From: Prolixibacteraceae bacterium
Lineage (GTDB): Bacteria; Bacteroidota; Bacteroidia; Bacteroidales; Prolixibacteraceae
NCBI GenBank assembly: GCA_963676095.1
Contig: OY781040.1
Span: 5,802,705-5,866,704, forward strand
Direction: 5' to 3'
DNA length: 64,000 bases
Shown here: in pieces, positions 10,102 to 20,496 of the stretch
Layout: each line of letters opens with the position of its first letter
How positions within the stretch are numbered: the first letter of the stretch is position 1
Notes under the pieces: generated by a model
Seen by the model: only the letters and a program-made list of their open reading frames with translations
What the model was told of the DNA's origin: nothing
Database searches by the model: none
Position numbers and translations under genes: made by a program

Positions 10102-12414
10102 ATGAGTGTGAAGTCTGATTTACTAATATTTTTGATGTTGTTTTTGGGAATAACTCCTGCCCTGTACCCCTTTAATGCAGATGCCTTTCCGGGCTTCCTG
10201 GTGACAGAAGACCAATCGGGTACTGTCTGGTGGGCGGGCAATACCTGTAAGATCATGCGGGATGATCCGGCTCCACTGCAAAAGAAGAGGATCATCCTGT
10301 ATGCCGCTAAAAATGAGACTGAAAGTTTCCAGCTTGTTGTGAAACCGAAATCGGATATGGCGGACATTTCCGTAACGTGCACCGATTTTAGAGGAAAAGG
10401 AGACTGTCTTATCCCTGCAGAAAATGTAATTGTCAGAAAAGAAGAATATGTTCATGTTACCAAACCATCAGGAAAATTGCACCATGCAGGATGGTATCCG
10501 GATCCCTTACCATTACTGAAGGCTCCTTTCCATGCAGAAAGCGGGCTCAATTTGCCTCTTTGGATCACGATAAAAGTTCCCCGGAATGCTGTTCCCGGAA
10601 AATATTCAGGTCATATCGATCTGGAATCCGGATCATGGAAAATTTCTGTAGCGGTTTGTCTCCATATATGGGATTTTTCCCTGCCTGATGTTCCCTGTAT
10701 CCGTTCTGCATTTGGGCTGTCCTCCGGCTTGATTAAGCAATATCATAACATGGAGCATGATGATGAACTTAAGCAGGTGCTGGATCTGTATTACCAGGCT
10801 TTCAGGGATTACCGGATTTCCCCGCAGCAGTTTTTTGATGAGTATCCTATACGGAAAACGGTGAAGGGGGTTTGGTGGAATGGTGGCACTTTTGATCCGG
10901 ATACCGTATTTGCCGGCCGGTATTCTTTTCAGGTAACCGATAACAGGGTGAACGGGAATGTTGCGGGCAGTTGTGCGGATCTGATTCCTGTGAACCCTGA
11001 AAAGCCATACTGCCTAAAGTGGTGGGCAAAAACCCTGAAAGACAGGCAACGATACATGGTAACAGTGAAAAGTTACACTGCCGGGCGAACGCCGGTTCCC
11101 TGGCATTTGCAAGGGATGTATTACAGCGGGAGTACCACATGGAAGAAGGATAGCCTGTACCTTGACCCGGTGAACCCTGTTGTCCGTGACGATATGGTCC
11201 TCGCCAGACCTATGCCCAGAGAGGCCGCTTATGTTCAGGTACAACTGTACCCGGTGATGCCGGATCAGGGAGGAGAAGGGACCGGGACAGTTTGGTTCGA
11301 CGAATTTCAGTTTCTGGATGGGCAAAGTGGAGTAAACCTGCTGCCTCACGGAAATTTTGAACAGGATATTAATGACCTTTCAGTCAGTCTGGATTTTACG
11401 GAGTTTGATCAGGCGGCCCGAAAATACCTGGATGAATATGGATTTACCGGGTTTCGGGTTAAAATTCCGGAACTGAGGCCCGGACCATTTGTAGGAAAGA
11501 AAGCCGGATGGTTCAGTGGCTTCATTAACGGCACTCCCGAATACAGGAAACTTATGGTGCAGTACCTTGGGCAGTTTCAGGATCACCTGAAAGCGAACGG
11601 GTGGTTGGGTAAGGAGTATTTGTACTGGATTGATGAACCAAGGCATGAAGATTATGATTTTGTCAGGGAAGGGATGGAAACGATCCATGAAGTTGCACCC
11701 GAACTGACCCGTTTTATTACTGAGAATAACCCTGGACCGGAAATCATGGATGTGACAGAGATCGGTTGTCCGGTCCTCGCCAAATTTGATCCTGAAAAAT
11801 CAGAGAAATGGATTGCTAAAGGACGCCGGATGTGGTCGTACCTGATGACCTGGCCCAAAGCTCCTCATCTTAATCTGTTTATTGACGCTGATGCCATTAA
11901 TATGCGTATGTGGCTGTGGATGTCGTACCGTTATCAATTGACGGGGATACTGGTCTGGAACTCGAACAAGTGGAATGCCGACGGATGCTCTCCTTCAGGG
12001 ATATTGCAAAATATCTGGGAGGACCCGATGACTTACATGGACGGGCACGGTATGCCGGAAGGTGCTGCTGCAGAATACGGCAATGGCGACGGGATGTTTT
12101 TTTATCCCCCTAACCGCGATCCTAACCATGATCGGACGAAATATCTGGAGGGACCTGTTCCTTCCCTGAGACTGGAAATCCTGAGAGAAGGAATTGACGA
12201 TTACGACTACCTTAAAATGCTTGACAATTTCGTGAAGAAGGCAAGACCGGATCAGCAGGGACTGGTACAAAGGGCCAGCAAAATACTGAATTTCGGAACA
12301 GAAGTTTTTGTTAATGAACATGAATATACCAGGGATCCGCAAATCCTGATGGGATACAGGAAGCAGATAGGTGACCTGCTCGAAGAGTTTACACGGGAAA
12401 GTGAGACAAAGTAA
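10102..12414 (+). CDS. DUF4091-like secreted protein (putative glycoside-hydrolase-like, family uncertain)
   Basis: 770 aa; signal peptide; C-terminal LEILREGIDDYDYLKMLD segment recalled from DUF4091 proteins; PUL context. Confidence 0.35.
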   Translation: MSVKSDLLIFLMLFLGITPALYPFNADAFPGFLVTEDQSGTVWWAGNTCKIMRDDPAPLQKKRIILYAAKNETESFQLVVKPKSDMADISVTCTDFRGKGDCLIPAENVIVRKEEYVHVTKPSGKLHHAGWYPDPLPLLKAPFHAESGLNLPLWITIKVPRNAVPGKYSGHIDLESGSWKISVAVCLHIWDFSLPDVPCIRSAFGLSSGLIKQYHNMEHDDELKQVLDLYYQAFRDYRISPQQFFDEYPIRKTVKGVWWNGGTFDPDTVFAGRYSFQVTDNRVNGNVAGSCADLIPVNPEKPYCLKWWAKTLKDRQRYMVTVKSYTAGRTPVPWHLQGMYYSGSTTWKKDSLYLDPVNPVVRDDMVLARPMPREAAYVQVQLYPVMPDQGGEGTGTVWFDEFQFLDGQSGVNLLPHGNFEQDINDLSVSLDFTEFDQAARKYLDEYGFTGFRVKIPELRPGPFVGKKAGWFSGFINGTPEYRKLMVQYLGQFQDHLKANGWLGKEYLYWIDEPRHEDYDFVREGMETIHEVAPELTRFITENNPGPEIMDVTEIGCPVLAKFDPEKSEKWIAKGRRMWSYLMTWPKAPHLNLFIDADAINMRMWLWMSYRYQLTGILVWNSNKWNADGCSPSGILQNIWEDPMTYMDGHGMPEGAAAEYGNGDGMFFYPPNRDPNHDRTKYLEGPVPSLRLEILREGIDDYDYLKMLDNFVKKARPDQQGLVQRASKILNFGTEVFVNEHEYTRDPQILMGYRKQIGDLLEEFTRESETK

Positions 12415-12496
12415 TAACATGCAGGTGCTGTAAAAAATAAATATTCAATCCGAAAGATGCATAAATCTTACGATTAACTAAAACCTGAATTTTAAG

Positions 12497-13102
12497 ATGA
12501 AACGACTGATTTTTATTTTGCCCTGTTTGTTTGCCTTGGGATCAATAGCCCAAACGGTAAGCAAATCCTTTGAAATGAGATATTTTACAAATGATCCGAA
12601 GGCTGATGGAGAAACTGATCTTAAGGGAGAAACGGAGTGGATGAATACGGACCAGCGTATTCATTTTCTGAATGATTATGCAGCCTATGCTTCCCGTTTT
12701 TTCGGGAATCCTGGCTTCGATCAGGAAATTGTTGACGATCAGGAAGTGCGTGAGGCCCTTGCTCATTTAAAGCCACAGCCTTTAACCAATATCCGACGGA
12801 CTATTAGGCTAAACGGATGGAAAGCCTACGGTTATAAAGAAGGAGAAGAGTCTGAACGGCAGGAGGAACTGGATCGCTGGAAATCGATACAGGGAGTAAA
12901 CCTTTCAGACGGAATTTTGCAGCTTAACGATGCTGTTGCTGAACGTAAAATTGATTCACTGAACTGGCGTTTCCGGTTTGATGTAAAAGTTGATGCCGGA
13001 ACCGGAGAATGCGTCATCGTTACCCGTCTGGATGGGTTCCGGTTCAGAAATGTGCCTGAAGGAACCTATGTGGTCAGTTATGAAGTGACGGAACACAGGT
13101 GA
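12497..13102 (+). CDS. Hypothetical secreted protein
   Basis: 201 aa with an N-terminal signal peptide (LPCLFALGSIAQT); no family recognised. Confidence 0.4.
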   Translation: MKRLIFILPCLFALGSIAQTVSKSFEMRYFTNDPKADGETDLKGETEWMNTDQRIHFLNDYAAYASRFFGNPGFDQEIVDDQEVREALAHLKPQPLTNIRRTIRLNGWKAYGYKEGEESERQEELDRWKSIQGVNLSDGILQLNDAVAERKIDSLNWRFRFDVKVDAGTGECVIVTRLDGFRFRNVPEGTYVVSYEVTEHR

Positions 13103-13125
13103 TTTAATACCTGTTTATAGCCTGA

Positions 13126-13169
13126 GTATAGGAAGAGTATAGGTGAAGTATAGGTGGAGTATAGCTAAT
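13126..13169. repeat. Four tandem copies of an 11-bp unit (gtataggNgNa)
   Basis: gtatag recurs at 13126, 13137, 13148 and 13159 with exact 11-bp spacing, in the spacer upstream of the GH92 gene. Confidence 0.6.
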
Positions 13170-13280
13170 GTGCCGTCTGTAAAACATAATATTTGATTTA
13201 GGGATTTACAGTCAGCTACGAATATGATAATTTATGTGGATTGGAGAAAACAGAAATAACTAAACTAAAAATGATATATC

Positions 13281-15560
13281 ATGAGCTATCTTAAGAAAAA
13301 TTTATTGGTCATACTGGCGCCGGCCTTTTTGCTTTTTGCCTGGTCTTGTTCACAGCAGGAGAAAAGGCTTCCTGCAGATTATGTGGATCCGTTTATCTGT
13401 TCGGAAGGCGACCACGGGCAGTGGGATCCTTCGGCATTAGTCCCGTCAGGACTGGTAAAGCTTGGTCCGGATACTTATCCGGGCAGCCTTACCGGGGACG
13501 GTGATTATGCCCATTCCGGGTACAATTATTCTGATAGTATATTCCGGGGATTTAGCCATTTTCATAAGGGAAGCTCTGGTGGAGGCAGGGTATGTGACCG
13601 GGCAGGAAAGCTTTCAATTCTGCCTTTTTCACACGAGCCAACCGATACGTTTATGGTGAACCCATTGGCAGCTGTTGATAAAAAAACGGAAAAGGCCAGT
13701 CCTGGTTATTTCTCGGTCGATCTGAAGGAAGACGGGATTCACGTCGAACTGACAGCCACCGGTCACGTCGGGGTTCATCGTTATACCTTTCAGCCGGGCA
13801 GATCCGCGCGGTTGTACTTGAATCCCGGTAAGATGGATCATTCCTGGGCGATGACACTGAATATGATTGACGATAAAGGTCTGGAAGGGGTGTTGTCAGT
13901 CGGCGCCGGGATCCATTTTATTGTTTGTTTCGACCGCCCTGTTCTTTCGACAACTTTATGGACAGGAGACAAAATGGAACCGGGGAATTCGCTTGAACAA
14001 GTGAGAAATGGTGGCATCGTTTGTGATTTCGGTGACCTGGAAGGTAAACCATTGATGGTAAAGGTCGCTGTTTCGTTAACTACTCAGGATGCAGCAAAAA
14101 ACAACCTTCAGGCTGAATGTCCCGGATGGGATTTTGACCGGATCAGGCAGCAGGCAGTCGATCAATGGAATGCAAAGCTGGGGCATATCAAGGTGGAAGG
14201 CAATGAGGAATACAAGACGATTTTTTACACAGCCTTGTATCATTCCTGCTTTTTACCGGTAGTACTGAGCGATGTATCCGGAAAATATCCCGGGCTGGAC
14301 GGACAGGTACATCAGGCCAAAGGTTATAAATATTATTATGATTATGCTTTCTGGGATTCGTTCCGGACTAAATACCCGCTTTACAGTTTGTACAATCAGG
14401 AAACGTACAAAGATATAATCAGGTCGCTGGTTGATATCTGTGAGCAAGCCGATAATTGCGGACCTTTTCCGCAAAGTACCCATCTGCCGCACAGCCCGGG
14501 CTTTGAGTATTACGGTAAGAACGGATACCAACCCTTTGGCAATTGCAGGAACGAGCATATGCTGATGGTAATGACTGATGCTTATGAAAAGGGACTGTTC
14601 GGGCCCGATATGAAAAAAGTTTATCCATATCTAAGAAAGGAAGCGATGATCCAGATGCCTGAAAAATATGATTCGATCGGGTATATTCCTGCCCGTCCGG
14701 ATCAGACCGGGGAATATTGCTGGGACAGCTGGTGTGTGGCACAGGTTGCCAAATCGATCGTGAACGGGGCAGACTATAATTATTTTATGAAACGATCAGA
14801 ATACTGGAAGAATACCTGGGATCCGTCGCTCCGGTTTTTCAGGGCGCGTGCAGCTGACGGGAGCTGGCTTGATTTTCCGGAAGACCCGGGTGTGAACCGG
14901 GAAAAATATACCTACGAGGGAACGGCCTGGCAATACCGGTGGAATATCCTGCATGATATCCCTTCACTGATCGAAGCATTTGGAGGTAAGGAGAATTTTG
15001 TAAAAGAGCTGGAATATTTCTTCGATCACGATTTATATACCGCGGGGAACCAGCCGGACCTGCAGGCGCCATTCTTGTTTAATCCGGCCAGTGCCTCATG
15101 GCTGTCGCAGAAATGGGTGCACAAGATCCTGACAGAGCCCATGGTGCAACGATACGGGACACATAACTTTTTTCCGAAGCCGATCAACGACCGGATCTAT
15201 AAAACCACGCCTGATGGTTATCTGGAAGAGATGGATGACGACTACGGTTGCATGTCGTCTTGGTACGCCATGGCCTCGATGGGGTTTTACCAGATCTGTC
15301 CGGGAAGTCCGGTATTCCAACTGACTTCGCCGGTTTTTGATAAGATTATCATACGGCCCGATGTCAAAGATGGTGACTCGAAGACATTTACCATCGAAGC
15401 TAAAAACCTGAGTCCGTCAGATTATTATATCCAGTCAGCTACCTTGAATGGTAAACCGCTAAACCGTTCGTGGCTGAATTACGATGAAATCGCCAGGGGT
15501 GGAAAACTAATCTATGAGATGGGATCTGACCCCAATAAAAATTGGGGTACAGAAAATTGA
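13281..15560 (+). CDS. GH92-family alpha-mannosidase-like glycoside hydrolase (divergent N-terminal motif)
   Basis: 759 aa; lipoprotein signal; YVDPFICSEGDHGQ in place of the usual NPFIGTGG; FWDSFRTKYPLYSLY and MDDDYGCMSSWYAMASMGFYQICPGSP match conserved GH92 blocks. Confidence 0.65.
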   Translation: MSYLKKNLLVILAPAFLLFAWSCSQQEKRLPADYVDPFICSEGDHGQWDPSALVPSGLVKLGPDTYPGSLTGDGDYAHSGYNYSDSIFRGFSHFHKGSSGGGRVCDRAGKLSILPFSHEPTDTFMVNPLAAVDKKTEKASPGYFSVDLKEDGIHVELTATGHVGVHRYTFQPGRSARLYLNPGKMDHSWAMTLNMIDDKGLEGVLSVGAGIHFIVCFDRPVLSTTLWTGDKMEPGNSLEQVRNGGIVCDFGDLEGKPLMVKVAVSLTTQDAAKNNLQAECPGWDFDRIRQQAVDQWNAKLGHIKVEGNEEYKTIFYTALYHSCFLPVVLSDVSGKYPGLDGQVHQAKGYKYYYDYAFWDSFRTKYPLYSLYNQETYKDIIRSLVDICEQADNCGPFPQSTHLPHSPGFEYYGKNGYQPFGNCRNEHMLMVMTDAYEKGLFGPDMKKVYPYLRKEAMIQMPEKYDSIGYIPARPDQTGEYCWDSWCVAQVAKSIVNGADYNYFMKRSEYWKNTWDPSLRFFRARAADGSWLDFPEDPGVNREKYTYEGTAWQYRWNILHDIPSLIEAFGGKENFVKELEYFFDHDLYTAGNQPDLQAPFLFNPASASWLSQKWVHKILTEPMVQRYGTHNFFPKPINDRIYKTTPDGYLEEMDDDYGCMSSWYAMASMGFYQICPGSPVFQLTSPVFDKIIIRPDVKDGDSKTFTIEAKNLSPSDYYIQSATLNGKPLNRSWLNYDEIARGGKLIYEMGSDPNKNWGTEN

Positions 15561-15575
15561 TGGTTTTATGGTTAA

Positions 15576-16140
15576 ATGGTTGAATTTTATAATATGAAGC
15601 GAAGGATCATTTTATATCTCCAGGGAATAACGTGTTTGTTTTTTATAATTTTTGCGAATAAATTATCAGCTCAGCAGGATACGGTTTCAATGCTGCATAT
15701 TTCTGATCTCCATGTTATCATTAACCATTCATCTGGAAACCGATCTGATAATTCCAGAAGACCGGCCAGGGAAAACTGGTCTATCCTCATGTAATTTTGA
15801 ATGGCAGTGGAAAAGGTGGATTGAAGAAATCGGAGATGCTTTTGAGATCCGCGGTGTTTATGCGCTTCGTCCGTGGAACCTGGCAAAAGCGATTGATTTG
15901 TATAGTGAGGCAACCCGACAGGTGCATAAACCGCTTTATTTACAGGGAGATTTTCATGGTATGACATTCGACGGCCCGTTTGACAGTACCCGTTCCGAAA
16001 TCGATCTGGTAAAACAGCACGATGGACTGGATGGCTATGTCTTTTATGAGACGGCCAATATAACGAGGATCGATGAAGCAGGGAACGTGGAAGGAAGCGG
16101 GGCGGTTGCAGAAATACTTGGCGGTAGTCTTCCGGGGTGA
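15576..16140 (+). pseudogene. Frameshifted remnant of a secreted metallophosphoesterase-like gene
   Basis: ORF 15576-15794 has a signal peptide and an ISDLHV phosphoesterase motif and then terminates; the coding continues in another frame (15652-16140); about 230 bp of noncoding DNA follows. Confidence 0.3.
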
Positions 16141-16369
16141 TTCGCCACGGATGTTGTGAGGCCTCGCCGTTTGAGTATGTTTGATACTTTGTGTTTGAAG
16201 AGGTTTGATCGCCTGTGTCCTGTTTGAAAGGCGTTGCCCAGCTTCCCCCGATTGTATTGAGGGTGATGAATATTCAATCCTCCGGGTTGTAACGGAGGGA
16301 AAGATGTTGATGAAAATTTAGATGATAACGTATAATGAAATAAAATGAGGTTAAATAAAAATTATCAAG

Positions 16370-18568
16370 ATGATTAATAAAGATAAGTCAATAGCAACCT
16401 TCCTTTTTCTGTGCCTGTTTCTTGTTCCCTTCTTTTCTTTTGGAGGTAACCCGGTGAAGTATGTCAATCCGTTTATCTGCACGGAAGGTGATAATGGACA
16501 GCTTTTCCCAGGTGCTGCCTGGCCTTTGGGTTTGGTACAATTGTCTCCTGAAACGGAAGGCGGTTCCCATGTCGGGTATTATTATGAAGATAAATACATA
16601 GAGGGGTTTTCCCATTTAAGAGTTGCCGGTGCCGGATCAAACGGGAAAGGTGGCGATTTGCTGATAAAACCGGGCATAGGAAAGTTTACCTCGAAGATAG
16701 AACGGTTTCGGGAAAAGTACGATAAAGCATCAGAAGAGGCTTCTCCCGGTTATTATAAAGTGGTCCTGGAATCGGGCGTAAAAGCAGAACTTACTGTTTC
16801 TGAACGGGTTGGTTTTCATAAATATACTTTTCCCGAGAACTCGAATGATCGTTATATTGTAATCGACCTCTCCCATAGTTATGTAGGAATGCTTGATGCC
16901 CGGCTGAATGTCAGAAATGATCATGAAATCACGGGGATGATTAAATCGTTACACAATAATGGGGGAGGCTACCACTTGCTTTATTTTGCCATTGTTTCAG
17001 ATGTTCAATTTGACTCGTTTACCAGTTGGGAAGGCAGGGATTCGGGCCGTCAACCGGTTCGAAAAGGTAAAGATTGCGGGGTATGGCTGAATTTTCCGGC
17101 TTCGGGGAAGAACGTCATCAAATTAAAGGTTGGCTTATCGCCGGTGAGCGAAGAACAAGCTATGATCGAAGCAACTTCCGGGATTCCGGGATGGAGTTTC
17201 GACAAGGCTCATCATCAGGCAGCAGATGCCTGGAATGAAATACTTTCCACGATCAGGGTCAAATGTGATTCGACCGGTCTAAAAACGATTTTTTACACGC
17301 ACCTGTATCATGCGTTTCTTGTGCCCTGTAATGCGACTTCTTCTTCTGGTACCTACCGCTCGGCACATCAGCCTGATTCCCTATATTATACAGCAGACAC
17401 CGCTCCTGATTTTGTCTGTTATTCAACCTGGAGCCTTTGGGACGATTTCCGGAAATATGCCCTTGTTTCGTTATTGGAACCCGAAATGGATAAGAACATA
17501 GCCCGGTCATTAGTCGATTATTATAAGCACAAGGATGGAGGAGACAGCAAGTACTGGCCCACCCCGAATATCCGGACCGAGTTTGCCAGCGCGGCCGTTA
17601 TGGACGCCTGGAACAAAGAACTTGGCGATTTCGATGGAGAAGCTGCTTTTCGGGGGATGAAGGAAGAATATGAGCGTTACAGTACGAAAAACGTAAGCGC
17701 ACGGCTGGAAAAAGCCTATGAAGCCTATGCGGCGATGAAAATGGCCATAGCCCTTGGAAAGAAGGATGAGGCTGAAGAACTACGGAAAGCGGCCCTGTCG
17801 TACAGGGAGATGTGGTGCCCGGAACAGAAAGACAACCAGGGAAATGTAAGGGGATTTTTCACTCCTGGAGGAAAACCGGTTAAAGATGTGGAAGAATTTG
17901 AAAAATATGTTTATGAAGGGAATTTATGGCACTACCGCTGGTTTGTGTTGCACGACGTTCCCGGACTGGCAGAGCTTAGGGGAGGAAAAGATAAACTGTC
18001 GGATGACCTGGAGTATTTTTTTGAAAAAAATTTTTACATGCACCTGAATGAACCTGATATTCAGGCTCCTTTTTTGTTCGACCTGCTTGGAAAACCTTAT
18101 CTGACACAGAAATGGGTCCGAACCTTTACGACAAAAAAGGTGACCCAGCTATACCATAATCATGGCTTATTCAGTAACCCTGTTGTGGACAGAATTTACC
18201 GGAACGATCCGAAAGGGTACATCGAATCGATGGACGATGATGCAGGGGCCATGTCTTCATGGTTCGTGATGAGCGCTATGGGGCTTTTCCCGTATGATCC
18301 GGTCGAACCATACTACCTGATCGGATCCCCGGTCTTTCCGGAGGTGACAATCCATCCTGATAGCGGGAAAAGCTTTAAGATCATTGCCAGGAATGTGAGC
18401 GAGGATAATTTTTATATCCAATCGGCCACTCTGAACGGCCAGGCTTACGATAAACCATGGATCGACTATGAAACGATCAGGGCAGGTGGTACACTTATCT
18501 TTGAAATGGGAAATCAGCCTAATAAGGAATGGGGTAGTCAGCCCGGAAATTTTCCGTATGGAATGTGA
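16370..18568 (+). CDS. GH92-family alpha-mannosidase-like glycoside hydrolase (paralog)
   Basis: 732 aa; YVNPFICTEGDNGQLFPGAAWPLGLVQLSPETEGG; C-terminal MDDDAGAMSSWFVMSAMGLFPYDPVEPYYLIGSPVF GH92 block. Confidence 0.65.
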   Translation: MINKDKSIATFLFLCLFLVPFFSFGGNPVKYVNPFICTEGDNGQLFPGAAWPLGLVQLSPETEGGSHVGYYYEDKYIEGFSHLRVAGAGSNGKGGDLLIKPGIGKFTSKIERFREKYDKASEEASPGYYKVVLESGVKAELTVSERVGFHKYTFPENSNDRYIVIDLSHSYVGMLDARLNVRNDHEITGMIKSLHNNGGGYHLLYFAIVSDVQFDSFTSWEGRDSGRQPVRKGKDCGVWLNFPASGKNVIKLKVGLSPVSEEQAMIEATSGIPGWSFDKAHHQAADAWNEILSTIRVKCDSTGLKTIFYTHLYHAFLVPCNATSSSGTYRSAHQPDSLYYTADTAPDFVCYSTWSLWDDFRKYALVSLLEPEMDKNIARSLVDYYKHKDGGDSKYWPTPNIRTEFASAAVMDAWNKELGDFDGEAAFRGMKEEYERYSTKNVSARLEKAYEAYAAMKMAIALGKKDEAEELRKAALSYREMWCPEQKDNQGNVRGFFTPGGKPVKDVEEFEKYVYEGNLWHYRWFVLHDVPGLAELRGGKDKLSDDLEYFFEKNFYMHLNEPDIQAPFLFDLLGKPYLTQKWVRTFTTKKVTQLYHNHGLFSNPVVDRIYRNDPKGYIESMDDDAGAMSSWFVMSAMGLFPYDPVEPYYLIGSPVFPEVTIHPDSGKSFKIIARNVSEDNFYIQSATLNGQAYDKPWIDYETIRAGGTLIFEMGNQPNKEWGSQPGNFPYGM

Positions 18569-18608
18569 ATGTTCTTTTTTATTTTTACAGGATTAAAAAT
18601 CCTGCATT

Positions 18609-19250
18609 TTGAACGACCTAAACTATACAAAACAACTTCTTCAAAAGATTTCAGTGAAACCGGATGAAAAGGCATTCAAGGCATTGTTCGATCTTTATGC
18701 TTTTCGTTTGGTCTGTTTTGCCGATTCGTTTCTCCGGAATCATGAGTTGTCTGAAGAGGCTGTATCTGATGTTTTTTTTAAAGTATGGTTGCACCGGGAG
18801 ACCCTGGTTAAAATAGAAAATTTTAAAGCCTATTTGTTCACGGCGACGAGGAATACCGCACTTAACTATCTGGAGCAGGAAAGAAGGATCAAGGCAGAAA
18901 GGCTGGAGGACCTGAATATTGATATGGTAATCGATGAGATCTGTCCGGAAACATCCCTGATCAGCAAAGAACTGAGGTTGACTATTGAAGCCGCGATTAA
19001 TGCGCTTCCCCCAAGATGTAAGCTTATTTATAACCTGGCAAAGACGGAGAGAATGAAGTATAAGGAAATTGCTTCGTTACTTCAGGTATCTGTAAAGACG
19101 ATTGATAACCAGATCGCTATTGCCATAAAAAAAATAGGGGAAGTGATCCGGGAATATCTTGATAATACGGACAATGATACTTCTTTCACCGTTTTATTCC
19201 AGCTTTTTGTGCCAGGTGAAACCATTGGTGCAATAAGCGGATCTTTGTAA
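18609..19250 (+). CDS. ECF-type RNA polymerase sigma-70 factor (PUL2 regulator)
   Basis: 213 aa; sigma regions 2 and 4 (ERMKYKEIASLLQVSVKTIDNQIAIA); the ORF as called begins with TTG, so the true start is uncertain. Confidence 0.8.
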   Translation: MNDLNYTKQLLQKISVKPDEKAFKALFDLYAFRLVCFADSFLRNHELSEEAVSDVFFKVWLHRETLVKIENFKAYLFTATRNTALNYLEQERRIKAERLEDLNIDMVIDEICPETSLISKELRLTIEAAINALPPRCKLIYNLAKTERMKYKEIASLLQVSVKTIDNQIAIAIKKIGEVIREYLDNTDNDTSFTVLFQLFVPGETIGAISGSL

Positions 19251-19347
19251 TATTTTTTGAGGATCATTTAGGGGATTTCTTTAATCTTCCTGTTTATTCT
19301 TTCAAACAGAAATGAATTTAATTTTTTTCAGCTTGTCTTAATAAATT

Positions 19348-20361
19348 ATGGAAGATATCTGGACGAATATAGCAAGGAGGATCGCAGGAGAAAGCGGGCC
19401 TTCCGATCAGGAGAAGACGGAAGCGTGGTTCAACAATAACAAAAAAAATAAGGCTGTCTATGACCGGTTGGTCCGGTTGTGGAACGTTGTACCTTCTGCA
19501 AGCCCCGGACTGCCATTCCTGTACCGGAAAGTCAGGACAAGGATTTTACATGCAGACCGTGCTGTTTATAGAAAGTATTTATTCTTACGGATCTCTGGAA
19601 TTGCTGCCATGTTTCTCTTGTTTATCGCTTTAAGCTTTTTTGCCTGGCATTACTTTACAGATAGTTTGCCTGTCAGTGAATATGAGGCTTTTAATACTAT
19701 CATTGTACCCAAAGGGAACCGTTCCCAGATTGTTTTGCCCGATAGTACGAAAGTTTGGCTTAATAATGACACCCGGCTGGAGTTCCCGCAAAAATTCCGG
19801 ACTGCTTCCCGGGAAGTGAAACTGACCGGTGAGGCTTATTTTGAAGTGAAACATGACAGCAGGAGGCCCTTTTTCGTCGTCGTGGAAAACAGCAGGATCA
19901 AAGTGCTGGGTACCCGGTTTTCCGTATCAGCCTATCCGGATGATCCGGTTATTGAAACTTCGCTGATCGAGGGGAAAGTTGTTTTTGAGACAAATTATAA
20001 ATCGGACGGGGATACTTCCTATGAGTTGAAGCCCGGGTTTAAGCTGGATTATAATAAAAGTAAGGAGCAACTTAGCCAGGGATTCGTTTCTCCGTCTTTC
20101 TACGACTACTGGAAAAACGGTGTGTATTCCTTTAAAAATGAAGATTTGGAAAGCCTGGCCCGGAAAATTTACCGGATCTATAACACCCGCCTGGTATTCG
20201 AAAACGACTATCTGAAACATAAGACCTATACCGGAACATTAAGCATTAACGATAACATTTTTACGTTTATGGAAACGATCAAACGGATTACCGTGGAACC
20301 GATCGACTATGATTACGATTACGCAAAAAATACGATTTATTTAAAAATGAAACGCCAATGA
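19348..20361 (+). CDS. FecR-family anti-sigma factor
   Basis: 337 aa; transmembrane segment (ISGIAAMFLLFIALSFFAW); FecR core (LPDSTKVWLNNDTRLEFP...LTGEAYFEV...VLGTRFSVSAY). Confidence 0.85.
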   Translation: MEDIWTNIARRIAGESGPSDQEKTEAWFNNNKKNKAVYDRLVRLWNVVPSASPGLPFLYRKVRTRILHADRAVYRKYLFLRISGIAAMFLLFIALSFFAWHYFTDSLPVSEYEAFNTIIVPKGNRSQIVLPDSTKVWLNNDTRLEFPQKFRTASREVKLTGEAYFEVKHDSRRPFFVVVENSRIKVLGTRFSVSAYPDDPVIETSLIEGKVVFETNYKSDGDTSYELKPGFKLDYNKSKEQLSQGFVSPSFYDYWKNGVYSFKNEDLESLARKIYRIYNTRLVFENDYLKHKTYTGTLSINDNIFTFMETIKRITVEPIDYDYDYAKNTIYLKMKRQ

Positions 20362-20496
20362 ATAAAAACTGAGCGAATTTACAAAAAAGCGGAAAATGCT
20401 CCAACATCTTCCGCCATGATTCCGGAAACAGCCTAAGTTTCCTTTAAAACACGAAAGCGATTGCTTTCCAGTATTTTAATAAAATCATTCAAATTT

